From an uncultured Oscillospiraceae bacterium (GTDB taxonomy: Bacteria; Bacillota; Clostridia; UMGS1883), in NCBI GenBank assembly GCA_964537995.1, contig CAZICW010000001.1, positions 1 through 55,712 of the forward strand: 55,712 nucleotides of DNA. Direction: 5' to 3'. A program made the position numbers and the translations under genes. Under the pieces are notes generated by a model. That model was not told where the DNA came from. It made no database searches and saw nothing but the letters and a program-made list of their open reading frames with translations. The number at the start of each line of letters is the position of its first letter. Positions within the stretch are counted from its first letter, which is position 1. Shown here piece after piece: positions 1 to 9,400 of this stretch.

Positions 1-67
1 AGAAGAATTAAATTTTTAAGACTTAAAAATAAACATCAATAATAAATTTTTAAATATTCCTTCCGGC

Positions 68-1129
68 TTACGCGCGGCGAACTCCCGTCATACCCGAAAC
101 GTCGGAGCTTAGCGCCGCAAGGTCGTCCCTGGATAGCCCGCCGACGGAGCTTCTCCCCGTAAAAGCGCAAATTTCCGCCAAATCCGAGCCGACGGAACGC
201 AGCCATTTTACCAGCCTGTTTTCGGTTTCGGCGGCGGATAGGGTCATTTCTCCGTCAACAGCCGATACCGCGTCAAGCACGGCCGACGCCGACGCCACGG
301 CTGTCGCTCCGAGAGCGATTGCCTTTGCGAAGTCCGCCGAGGTACGCATACCTCCGGCAGCGACTATATCCAGCTCCGCGCCGTTGCTTTCAAGCCAGTC
401 CCTTGCCCGCGCGACGGCGCAGAGTGTCGGCAGACAGCAGCCTCCGAGCGGCGAAGAATGAAAGGAAGAGCGTCCGTCGATTGTAACGAAGTCCGCTCCG
501 GCTTCAAGCGCGAACGCGAGATCGTCCTCAATATGTCCGGCGGCAAGCTTTACCCCGACGGGAACTCCGCCGCTCCCGTCGCGCAGCCCGTCTATTGTTA
601 TGCGCAAATCGGCGGCGGAGTTTATTTCCGCGAACCTCCCCGCCGAAGTGAAAAGCGTGTCGGGAGCAATCCCGCGAAGCCTGTATACCTCGGAAGGAAG
701 TCCGTCCGGCAAGGCCTCGCCCAAGCCTCCGCGCGATGAACGTCCTATCTTTATTTCGACCGCGCTGCACCGCCGCAAAAGCTCCGGCGAAAGCCCGTAA
801 AGCTCCGGAGTGTATTCGTAGATATATGCCGAGGAAAATTCCGCTTCGTCGGCAATAACCCCGCCTTCTCCGCTTCCGTTGGCAATCCCCGCCTCCGACG
901 CCGCTCTTGCAAGCGAGCATTTGAGCTCGGCAGACAGCTCCCCGACGCTCATATGGGAAATAATTAACGGAATATCCAGTCTAAGCGGCACAAGGGCGCT
1001 TTTCCCTATAACCGTACTTAAATCAGCTTCCGCAGCGCTGAACAGAGGGAAACGCGAAAGCTGAGCCGGAAGGAAAACCAGCTCATCCCACAGCGGGTCG
1101 CGCATATTGTGTTGATTTGCGTATTTCAT
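68..1129 (-). CDS. Glutamate-synthase (GltB) FMN-domain-like TIM-barrel protein, divergent paralogue
   Basis: 353-aa ORF. ATG at 1129 is preceded by a GAAGGA RBS. 'IVAAGGMRTSADFAKAIALGATAV' resembles the FMN phosphate-binding segment of GltB central-domain proteins. The family 'DG..GGTGA.P' signature reads 'DGRSSFHSSP' here. Confidence 0.6.
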   Translation of the reverse strand: MKYANQHNMRDPLWDELVFLPAQLSRFPLFSAAEADLSTVIGKSALVPLRLDIPLIISHMSVGELSAELKCSLARAASEAGIANGSGEGGVIADEAEFSSAYIYEYTPELYGLSPELLRRCSAVEIKIGRSSRGGLGEALPDGLPSEVYRLRGIAPDTLFTSAGRFAEINSAADLRITIDGLRDGSGGVPVGVKLAAGHIEDDLAFALEAGADFVTIDGRSSFHSSPLGGCCLPTLCAVARARDWLESNGAELDIVAAGGMRTSADFAKAIALGATAVASASAVLDAVSAVDGEMTLSAAETENRLVKWLRSVGSDLAEICAFTGRSSVGGLSRDDLAALSSDVSGMTGVRRA

Positions 1130-1141
1130 GACTTCAGTCCT

Positions 1142-1690
1142 TCAGCAATCGAAAAGTATTGGTTCATGCCCCGTCGAGGGTATGAATTTTTCAAAAATAT
1201 CCCGTGTCGCCAGCTTCAGCGACGAGGTATTCACGCACGGATGACAGCCGAAAAATTCCTGCTTGAGAACATCGCGGTCAACAATAAGCCTAACTCTTGC
1301 CGCCGTATCGTTCACAAGCGAAAGTATGCTGACGCTTCCCGGCAAAACGCCGAGCATTTCCTCCATTACGTCGGCATGACCGAACGAAAGCCGCGGCAGC
1401 CCGAGCTGAGCCGAGAGATTTTTTGTCGCAAAGCGTTTGTCGCCGCGTATGACAACAAGAAAATAGCGCGTTTTCTGCTTGTTGCACAGAAACAAATTCT
1501 TGCACGCCCTCATATCCATCAGCCTGTCGATTTCTTTACAGACCTCCATTGTATCGGTCGGGTCATGATCCATGCGTTCGTACCCTATTCCGAGAGCGTC
1601 CAGAGCGTCATAAGCGCGCTCCTCTCTCAAAGAGCGCTTTTCCGACGGTCGTCCGCGGTATATCACGGGGTCAATATACAATGCCGTCAC
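1142..1690 (-). CDS. YbaK/ProX-type aminoacyl-tRNA deacylase (prolyl-tRNA editing domain protein)
   Basis: 182-aa ORF lying 12 nt upstream of the GltB-like gene on the same strand. 'KNLFLCNKQKTRYFLVVIRGDKR...LGLPRLSF' and 'PGSVSILSL' resemble the YbaK/ProRS-associated editing fold. The start is GTG 1690 or TTG 1681. Confidence 0.55.
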   Translation of the reverse strand: MTALYIDPVIYRGRPSEKRSLREERAYDALDALGIGYERMDHDPTDTMEVCKEIDRLMDMRACKNLFLCNKQKTRYFLVVIRGDKRFATKNLSAQLGLPRLSFGHADVMEEMLGVLPGSVSILSLVNDTAARVRLIVDRDVLKQEFFGCHPCVNTSSLKLATRDIFEKFIPSTGHEPILFDC

Positions 1691-1753
1691 CTTCCTTATA
1701 CCATTTTACTATGCTTTACGTCAAATTTCAAGACAAATTATTCAAAAAATATG

Positions 1754-1782
1754 TTGACGGGAAAATTTTAACGTGATATACT
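1754..1782 (+). promoter_or_regulatory. Sigma-A-type promoter upstream of pgi
   Basis: TTGACG (1754-1759), 17-nt spacer, TATACT (1777-1782). A TG extended -10 sits at 1774-1775. The element is 46 nt upstream of the pgi ATG. Confidence 0.5.
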
Positions 1783-1827
1783 GATATTGTGTATCAATGG
1801 AAAAGAAATCTATAGGAGGATCTCATA

Positions 1828-3180
1828 ATGACAAAAATCAAATTCAATCGTTCAACGGCGTCAGCCTTTATCTCCGAGAATGAAATCGCCGGTATAGCTC
1901 CCGCGATCGAAGCGGCGCACACCACTCTCCACAGCGGCAGCGGCGCGGGGAACGACTTTCTCGGCTGGGTCAAGCTCCCGCGCAACTATGACAAAGATGA
2001 GTTTGCGAGAATAAAAAAGGCGGCTGAAAAAATAAAAAACAACAGCGACGCTTTGATTGTAATCGGTATAGGCGGCAGCTATCTCGGCGCGAGAATGGTT
2101 ATTGAGCTTCTCAGTCATAATTTTTACAATGTCAGCAAGGAAGCCAGAGGCGGCAATCCGCAGATTTTTTTTGCCGGCAACAGCATAAGCTCCACATATC
2201 TCAGCGACCTTATCGAAACCGTTAAGGATAAGGATTTTTCGGTCAATATAATTTCCAAGAGCGGAACCACAACCGAACCCGCCATAGCTTTCCGTGTGTT
2301 CCGTGATTTGCTTGAAAAGAAGTACGGCAAGGAAGGCGCGAAGGAAAGAATTTTCGCAACTACCGACAAGGCGAAGGGCGCTCTTAAAAATCTCGCCGAC
2401 GAGGAAGGCTATGAAACCTTTGTCGTTCCCGATGACGTAGGCGGACGCTACAGCGTTCTTACAGCCGTCGGGCTGCTTCCCATCGCCGCCGCCGGACTCG
2501 ATATTGACGCGCTTATGAAGGGCGCGGAGGACGCTATGGTTGAGTATGCCAATCCGAATATTAATGAAAACGCCTGCTATCAATACGTTGCCGCGCGCAA
2601 TATCCTCTACCGCAAGGGAAGGACAACCGAAATGCTCATTGATTATGAGCCTCAGGCACACTATTTTGCCGAATGGTGGAAGCAGCTCTTCGGTGAAAGC
2701 GAAGGTAAGGACGGAAAGGGAATTTTCCCTGCGGCGGCGGACTTTTCCAGCGATCTCCACTCGATGGGGCAGTATATTCAGGAAGGACTTCGCATAATGT
2801 TTGAAACGGTTGTGTTCTTCGACAATCCGCGCAAGGACATTGAAATCGGAACCGACGCCGCGAATGTTGACGGTCTTAACTTCCTTGCCGGAAAAAACGT
2901 CAGCTACGTAAACGAACAGGCGTTTAACGGAACTCTTCTCGCCCACAGCGACGGCAACGTTCCCAATCTTGTAATCCGCGCGGAAAGAATGGACGAATAC
3001 TGTCTCGGAAACCTTATCTATTTCTTCGAGAAGGCGTGCGGCGTAAGCGGCTATGTTCTGGGCGTAAATCCGTTCAACCAGCCCGGCGTCGAAGCCTATA
3101 AGAAAAATATGTTCGCTCTCCTCGGAAAGCCCGGATACGAAGACGCCCGCGCCGCGCTCACGGCAAGACTTAACAAATAG
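1828..3180 (+). CDS. pgi: Glucose-6-phosphate isomerase
   Basis: 450 aa with a GGAGGA RBS. The Firmicute-type Pgi N-terminus '[15 protein letters not shown]...[13 protein letters not shown]' is present, along with the SIS-domain '[13 protein letters not shown]' and '[16 protein letters not shown]' segments. Confidence 0.95.
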   Translation: MTKIKFNRSTASAFISENEIAGIAPAIEAAHTTLHSGSGAGNDFLGWVKLPRNYDKDEFARIKKAAEKIKNNSDALIVIGIGGSYLGARMVIELLSHNFYNVSKEARGGNPQIFFAGNSISSTYLSDLIETVKDKDFSVNIISKSGTTTEPAIAFRVFRDLLEKKYGKEGAKERIFATTDKAKGALKNLADEEGYETFVVPDDVGGRYSVLTAVGLLPIAAAGLDIDALMKGAEDAMVEYANPNINENACYQYVAARNILYRKGRTTEMLIDYEPQAHYFAEWWKQLFGESEGKDGKGIFPAAADFSSDLHSMGQYIQEGLRIMFETVVFFDNPRKDIEIGTDAANVDGLNFLAGKNVSYVNEQAFNGTLLAHSDGNVPNLVIRAERMDEYCLGNLIYFFEKACGVSGYVLGVNPFNQPGVEAYKKNMFALLGKPGYEDARAALTARLNK

Positions 3181-3217
3181 ACCGCAAAATATTTTCGGAT
3201 AATTTTAATAAAAGCGC

Positions 3218-3246
3218 TTGCATTTGGAGCTTGCTTATAGTATAAT
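3218..3246 (+). promoter_or_regulatory. Sigma-A-type promoter for the small P-loop gene
   Basis: TTGCAT (3218-3223), 17-nt spacer, TATAAT (3241-3246). It lies 53 nt upstream of ATG 3299. Confidence 0.5.
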
Positions 3247-3298
3247 AAATACAAACGGAGACTATCTCATAATTAAATTTTATAAGGAGGCTATAAAA

Positions 3299-3706
3299 AT
3301 GGTCAAGGTCATTATCGGTGAAAAGGGTACCGGCAAAACGGCAAAGCTGATTGACGCGGTTAACGCGGCTGAGGCGGCTTCCAACGGAAATATAGTTTTC
3401 ATAAATAAGGGCGACAGGCATATTTTCGATCTTACGCACAGAGTAAGAATTGTTGATACCGACGAATACAGCATTGTCGGCTACGACGAATTTTACGGCT
3501 TTATCTGCGGTATTCTTTCTCAAAATTACGATATTTCCAATATTTTTATCGACAGCATAACAAAGATTGTGAATAAGGATTTGACGGCGCTTTCCGCTTG
3601 CTTGGACAGACTGAACGCAATATCCGAAAAAACAAATACGGAAATTATGGTTATCGTAAGCATGAAGGAATCCGAAGCGTCGGAAGGCATTAAAAAGTAC
3701 ATCTAA
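3299..3706 (+). CDS. Small (135-aa) stand-alone P-loop NTPase, function unknown
   Basis: ATG 3299 follows an AAGGAGG RBS. The ORF-track start at 3218 would lie inside the gene's own promoter. Walker A is 'GEKGTGKT' and a Walker-B-like 'NIFIDSIT' is present. I recognise no other domain. Confidence 0.6.
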   Translation: MVKVIIGEKGTGKTAKLIDAVNAAEAASNGNIVFINKGDRHIFDLTHRVRIVDTDEYSIVGYDEFYGFICGILSQNYDISNIFIDSITKIVNKDLTALSACLDRLNAISEKTNTEIMVIVSMKESEASEGIKKYI

Positions 3707-3728
3707 TCAACACAGACAAATGAACAGA

Positions 3729-3751
3729 GGAGCCGCCCGTCGGCTCCTTTT
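3729..3751 (+). terminator. Intrinsic terminator after the P-loop gene
   Basis: GGAGCCG-CCCGT-CGGCTCC hairpin (7-bp stem) followed by TTTT. Confidence 0.6.
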
Positions 3752-3769
3752 GCTTTGTCGGCGCTTTTA

Positions 3770-5113
3770 TCATACCTCGAAATTCATTTCCGCGATATAT
3801 CTTTCGTTAAACCCCGAATCGGCGGCAATGTTCACGGCTTTGGCGTCCGCAGCTATGCGGCGCGCGCGTTCGCGATTATGTTCGTTCAGCAAAAGCGCGC
3901 CGCCCATGAGCGCGCCGTTTCCCACGGCGGTAAATTTATCCGCGGCGACATTTGGCAAAAGTCCTGTAGCAGCAGCATTTTTTACGTTTATGCTCCCGCC
4001 GAGAGCCCCCGAAAGAAAAATTCGGTCAATATTGTCAATCGAAAGCCTGTTCATATCCAATAAGATTTTCATTGCGGCGGAAATTGCCGCCTTGCATAGC
4101 TGGTAGGCGCGCACATCCTGTTGAGTTATAAAAATATCGCTGTTCGGTATTCTGAAATCATGTTCGATTGTACCGAATCTGTCCATAAATCCGCTCTCAA
4201 GCATAACGCTCATCGCGTCAACAAGACCGCTTCCGCAGATTCCGCACGGTTCGCCGCCGCCTATTGTTTCAAAGCCGCTGTCGCATACGCGGAATATTGC
4301 GCCATCGACAGCCGCGGTGCCGCGGCTTATGTTTCCGCCTTCAAGCGCCGGACCTGCCGCCGCAGACGTAAAGAAAATTTCCCCGCCGCTGACAAGAGCA
4401 ATCTCGCTGTTTGTGCCTAAGTCCGCGACAATAAAACTGCCGTTTGCTTCATCCGCTCCGCTCCACATCAACGAGCAGAGCGCATCCGCCCCGACAAAAG
4501 CGCTCAGGCACGGCGGAAGATATGCGCCGTCAAGCTCGCAGTCGAAACGCGAAGGCATTGGAAATGGAGCGGCGCCCATTTGCGAAACATCCATTCCCGC
4601 GTAAAGCGCAAGCATGACGGTGTTACCGGTTATAACGGTTTTCCTGTCGGTTCCAAGATTTTCCCGAAGCTCTCTCACGGCGGAGCGGATTGCCTCCGTC
4701 AGAGGTGCGCCCTCCGCGCTTATACGGCTTATCACGTCCGCGCCGTAAGCGCATTGCGGATTGCGTCGCCCGACAGTCTTTACGGGACGTCCGTTTTCAA
4801 ACAAAGCCGCCGCCAGCGTTGTTGTGCCAATGTCTATAACAACCCCGTCCGCGTCGGGAACAACGGCCTGTTCCGCCGTAAGCACGGCGCTTTCCGCCGA
4901 CGGCAGCAAAATTTCGCTGTCGGTAAACAGCAGAGTCCCGCAAGCCGGCGCAGACCTTCCGTTGATTTTGCATACGCACTTGCCGCAGCGGCCCTTTCCG
5001 CCGCAAGGCATCGGAAAATCGAAGCCAAGCGCCGCAATGGCGTCCGACGCGGGAATCCCCGCCGAAAATTCGTATTCGCCTGTTTTTTTGCCGTCGCTGA
5101 CCTTGATTCTCAT
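3770..5113 (-). CDS. ASKHA-fold protein with N-terminal 2Fe-2S ferredoxin domain (RACo / DUF4445-like corrinoid-activation family)
   Basis: 447 aa with an AAAGGAGAG RBS. The N-terminal Cys cluster is 'CGGKGRCGKCVCKINGRSAPACG'. Sugar-kinase/actin-like phosphate loops 'VVIDIGTTT' and 'FIVADLGTNSEIAL' are present. Confidence 0.7.
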   Translation of the reverse strand: MRIKVSDGKKTGEYEFSAGIPASDAIAALGFDFPMPCGGKGRCGKCVCKINGRSAPACGTLLFTDSEILLPSAESAVLTAEQAVVPDADGVVIDIGTTTLAAALFENGRPVKTVGRRNPQCAYGADVISRISAEGAPLTEAIRSAVRELRENLGTDRKTVITGNTVMLALYAGMDVSQMGAAPFPMPSRFDCELDGAYLPPCLSAFVGADALCSLMWSGADEANGSFIVADLGTNSEIALVSGGEIFFTSAAAGPALEGGNISRGTAAVDGAIFRVCDSGFETIGGGEPCGICGSGLVDAMSVMLESGFMDRFGTIEHDFRIPNSDIFITQQDVRAYQLCKAAISAAMKILLDMNRLSIDNIDRIFLSGALGGSINVKNAAATGLLPNVAADKFTAVGNGALMGGALLLNEHNRERARRIAADAKAVNIAADSGFNERYIAEMNFEV

Positions 5114-5198
5114 GCCGCTCTCCTTTCCGCGGGATAAATTTCCCTCGCGCTTAAAATTAATTGACGTCGGACAATGCCGGTTAGGCCTCCGTATTTCT

Positions 5199-5227
5199 AT
5201 TATAAATTAATAAATCGGCTGTGTCAA
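5199..5227 (-). promoter_or_regulatory. Consensus sigma-A promoter for the ASKHA gene
   Basis: On the minus strand: TTGACA (5227-5222), 17-nt spacer, TATAAT (5204-5199). This gives a 5' UTR of about 80 nt. Confidence 0.6.
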
Positions 5228-5386
5228 GCATAGTCGGCAATAATTCGGAAGAATGCTTAATCCGAGCGAAATATTTACGCGCTTTTAAATTTTTAATTTG
5301 CCTCGTGAGAAAACGGAAGCAAACACGAGTAATTTCGAGAAAAAACGCGAACATTCAATTTAAATTAAATTTTTCAAAAAAACCTC

Positions 5387-5415
5387 TTGACAACAGGGAA
5401 ATTTTGTATTATAAT
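5387..5415 (+). promoter_or_regulatory. Consensus sigma-A promoter for rplM-rpsI
   Basis: TTGACA (5387-5392), 17-nt spacer, TATAAT (5410-5415). Confidence 0.65.
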
Positions 5416-5460
5416 AATTCACGCTGATAATGAAAAATAATTAACAGGAGGTAATATTCC

Positions 5461-5898
5461 ATGAAGAGTACAATGGAAAATGCCGGTCAGGTTCAGAGAA
5501 AATGGTATATCATAGACGCCGCCGGCAAGAGCGTCGGTCGTGTTGCCGCCGCTGCCGCAAGCATTCTGCGCGGCAAGAATAAGCCCAGCTACACGCCCCA
5601 CGTTGACTGCGGCGACCATGTTATAATTCTCAACTGCGACAAGGCAGTTTTTACGGGCAACAAGCTCAACCGTAAGCTTTATCGCCGCCACAGCGGCTGG
5701 GTCGGAGGTCTTAAGGAGGTTTCCGCCAAGGAACTGATGGAAAAAAGAAGCGATCTTGTTATGTATAAGGCGGTTAAGGGGATGCTTCCCGACACCACAA
5801 TCGGTCGTGCGGCGCTCACCCGTCTGAGAGCCTACAAGGGCGCGGAGCATAAGCAGGAAGCACAGAAGCCTGAGGCTTGGACTCAGGAAATTAAATAA
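5461..5898 (+). CDS. rplM: 50S ribosomal protein L13
   Basis: 145 aa with an AGGAGG RBS. 'RKWYIIDAAGKSVGRVAA..A..LRGKNKPSYTPHVDCGDHVIILN' is canonical L13. Confidence 0.95.
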   Translation: MKSTMENAGQVQRKWYIIDAAGKSVGRVAAAAASILRGKNKPSYTPHVDCGDHVIILNCDKAVFTGNKLNRKLYRRHSGWVGGLKEVSAKELMEKRSDLVMYKAVKGMLPDTTIGRAALTRLRAYKGAEHKQEAQKPEAWTQEIK

Positions 5899-5913
5899 GG
5901 GAGGTTGAGCTAA

Positions 5914-6309
5914 ATGGCAGTAACACAGTATTACGGTACCGGAAGAAGAAAGAAGTCGGTTGCAAGGGTTCGCCTTATTCCCGGTAACGGTGAAATTAAA
6001 ATAAATAACAGAGATATTGACGACTATTTTGGTCTTGAAACCCTTAAGGTTATTCTCCGTCAGCCCCTTGTGGCAACAAAGACCGAAGGAAGCTTTGACG
6101 TGCTTTGCAATGTTAAGGGCGGCGGCTTTACAGGTCAGGCGGGCGCAATCCGTCACGGTATAGCCCGTGCGCTTCTTAAGGTTGACGAGGAGGCTTACCG
6201 CCCTGTTCTTAAGCAGGCGGGTTATCTTACTCGCGACCCCAGAATGAAGGAAAGAAAGAAGTACGGTCTCAAGGCAGCCCGTCGCGCACCGCAGTTCTCA
6301 AAGAGATAG
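5914..6309 (+). CDS. rpsI: 30S ribosomal protein S9
   Basis: 131 aa. '[16 protein letters not shown]' and the C-terminal '[25 protein letters not shown]' are canonical S9. Confidence 0.95.
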   Translation: MAVTQYYGTGRRKKSVARVRLIPGNGEIKINNRDIDDYFGLETLKVILRQPLVATKTEGSFDVLCNVKGGGFTGQAGAIRHGIARALLKVDEEAYRPVLKQAGYLTRDPRMKERKKYGLKAARRAPQFSKR

Positions 6310-6323
6310 TTTTTCATATACAA

Positions 6324-6355
6324 ACCCCGAAAGCAAGCGGCTTTCGGGGTTTTTC
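6324..6355. terminator. Intrinsic terminator between the convergent rpsI and dnaE genes
   Basis: CCCCGAAAG...CTTTCGGGG hairpin followed by TTTTT on the plus strand. Confidence 0.8.
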
Positions 6356-6403
6356 AATATCCAAAATTCTTTGGCAGGCTGACTCTTTATTATACATCAG
6401 CCG

Positions 6404-9400
6404 TCATTTTACGGCTGCGCATTCCCGTCCGACGGCGGAATTTATAGCCGAAATAAGCTCGCCCGACGGGCTGCAATTACATTTCGGAGAAACGGGAATC
6501 CCTCCGTAGCGGCAATTCACAACTATCGGAGTGTCGCCCTTATACTTGAAAATTATACCGCGCAGCCTGTCGAGCAAGGGCAGTTCTTCATCGTTCAGCG
6601 TAATTTCAAGCGTTCCTTTGTTTTTAACCGGTTTTGCGGAAAACGGAACGGCGGTTTCCATAATCAGCTTCGGCGCTTCCTCGTCCTTAACGTCAACACG
6701 TCCGGTAAGCCTTACAATATTGTTCTCGCGGATTATTTCTCCGAACGACGAATAAAGCTTCGGGAAAACTATAACCTCAATACCCGCCGTGAAATCCTCA
6801 AGCTCCATGAACGCCATGACTGTGTTGTTTTTCGTTATTTTTTCCTTTAGGCTCGATACAAGTCCCACTACCGTTACCGTATCTCCGTCGGAAATTTCGC
6901 TGTAATCCTCGCTGCCTGCCGCCAAAACGCGTGAAATTTCGGGAAGTCCGAGAGAGTTTATCGCTTCGCGGTACTCGTCAAGCGGGTGTCCCGAGATGTA
7001 AATTCCCGTCGCCTCGCGTTCCATATCCAAAAGCGCACGGTTGCTCTTTTCCGGAATTTCGGGGAAATCGTCGGCAAGATTCTCTTCCTCATTCATCGAA
7101 AAGAACGAAAGCTGACCGGCAATATTGTCCTTCGCGTTTCTTGAAGCAGAAGATAGAGTTTGCTCGTATATCGCCAGCTTCTGCCATCTTGTCCCCGGAA
7201 GGCAGTCGAAGGCTCCGCTTTTTATAAGCCCCTCCACTCCCCTTTTATTCAGCTCGCCGCCGGCCATTCGCGCCGCAAAATCGCGCAGGCTGACAAATTC
7301 GCCGTTTTTGCGGCGTTCTTCAACACAGGCGTTCACAAAATTTTCGCCGACGTTTTTTATCGTCGTCAAACCGAAGCGAATGGCCTTTCCTTCGATTGTA
7401 AAGCCGCTGTCGCTTTTGTTTATGTCGGGCGGAAGAATTTTTATTCCCTTCTGGGTACAATTGTTGATATATGCGGCAACCTTATCGTTTTCGCCCATGA
7501 CGCTTGTAATCAGCGCCGCCATGAACGCTTCCGGATAAAGGCATTTGAGATACGCCGTCTGATAGGCTACAACGGCATAGCAAACGGAATGGCTTTTATT
7601 AAAGGCATATTTTGCGAAGGCGTCCATATCGTCATAGATGCTTATCGCGGTTTTTTCGTCAATTCCGTTACGAATACAGCCCGGCACACGGACGCTCCCG
7701 TCGTCGTTAAGCTCGCCGTAGATGAAAATATTGCGGGCTTTTTCCATTTCCTTTGCCTTTTTTTTGCTCATGGCGCGGCGCACCTCGTCGGCTCCGCCCA
7801 TTGAAAATCCCGCAAGCTTTTGTACAATCTGCATAACCTGCTCCTGATAGACTATGCAGCCATAGGTCATATTGAGTATGGGTTCAAGGCTCGGATGCTT
7901 ATACTTGATTTTTTTCGGATCGGCCTTAGCTTCGATATACGTCGGAATGAAATCCATCGGTCCGGGTCGGTAAAGCGCTATTCCCGCAATTATATCCTCC
8001 AAATTACGAGGCTCCAGCCGCCGCATGAATGAACGCATACCCGTGCTTTCAAGCTGGAAAACACCGTCGCAGTCCCCCTCGGAAATCATTTCGTAAACCT
8101 CGGGGACGTCATAGTCAATTTCATCAAGCTTTATATCCGTTCCCTGGGAACGCAAAATTTTCAGGCAGTCGTCAATTATTGTCAGGTTCCTCAGTCCGAG
8201 GAAGTCGATTTTCAGCAGTCCCAGCTCCTCAACAGTATCCTTCGTGTACTGAGTGGAAATTATATTATCGCTGCGCTGAAGCGGAACATAGGTTGAAACC
8301 GGCTGCCCCGCAATTACAACGCCGGCGGCATGAGTTCCGATATTTCTCGGCAAGCCCTCGATTGAGATTGCTGTGTCTATTATGGTTTTTACCGTCGGAT
8401 TTTCATCGTAAGCGGCCTTCAGCTTGGGATTTTCCCGCATGGCAAGCTCAAGCGTCATTGCGGGCTTCATCGGAACCATTTTTGAAATTATGTCAACCTC
8501 ACTGTAAGGTACTCCGAGGACGCGGCCGCAATCGCGTATGGCTCCGCGCGCCTTCATTGTGCCGAAGGTGCCAATCTGGCTGACGTTTTCGGGCTTATAT
8601 TTTTTTATGACATAGTCTATGACCTCGCCTCGGCGCTGCGGGCAGAAGTCAACGTCAAAGTCGGGCATACTGACGCGTTCGGGATTGAGAAAGCGCTCAA
8701 AAATAAGATTATACTTCATCGGCTCGACGTCGGTTATGCGCAAAATGTAGGCGACAATGCTGCCCGCGCCGCTGCCGCGTCCGGGCCCGACGGGTATGCC
8801 GTGCCGCTTTGCGTAGTTTATAAAATCCCAGACAATCAGATAGTAGTCAACGAAACCCATAGATTCTATAACGCCAAGCTCATATTCCATTCTTTCCCGA
8901 TACTGTTCGGCTTTTTCGCCGTAACGCTCCTTAAGCCCTTTTTCGGCAAGCATACGAAGATACTCCTTCGCGGTATACCCGTCGGGAACATCGTATTCGG
9001 GAAGGTGGCGTTCGCCGAACTTAAACTCAAAATTACATTTATCCGCGATTTTTGAGGTGTTTTCAAACGCTTCGGGCAGATTCGGGAAGACGGCGCGCAT
9101 CTCATCCTCGCTTTTAAGGTAAAATTCCTCGGTGGCGAAGCGCATACGTCCAGGCTCGTCCAACCGTTTGCCCGTTTGTATGCACAAAAGCACGTCCTGA
9201 TTCTTCGCGTCTGTTTTTTCAATATAATGAGAATCATTGGTGACGACAATCGGCGTATCGGTATCCTTCGCCAGCTTCAGCAAAAGCGGATTCAGCCGCT
9301 TCTGGTCGTCAATTCCGTGATCCTGAAGCTCAATGTAAAATTCGTCAAAGGTTTCCTTAAAATACTTTACGGTTTCTCTCGCGGCGTCTTCGTTTCCGCT

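Noticed and set aside
3218-3298. N-terminal extension of the P-loop ORF (ORF-track start at 3218)
   Set aside because: The extension would begin at a TTG that is itself the -35 hexamer of the gene's promoter. ATG 3299 has a perfect AAGGAGG RBS.
5221-5427. 68-aa plus-strand ORF between the ASKHA gene and rplM
   Set aside because: It lies in AT-rich divergent promoter DNA and overlaps both promoters. It has no RBS, and the product is Lys/Asn/Arg-rich.
5416-5460. Ribosomal-protein L13 leader RNA upstream of rplM
   Set aside because: Only about 45 nt of unstructured AT-rich sequence lies between the -10 box and the ATG, which is too short for the known leader structure.
5419-6156. 245-aa minus-strand ORF
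   Set aside because: It is antisense to rplM and rpsI.
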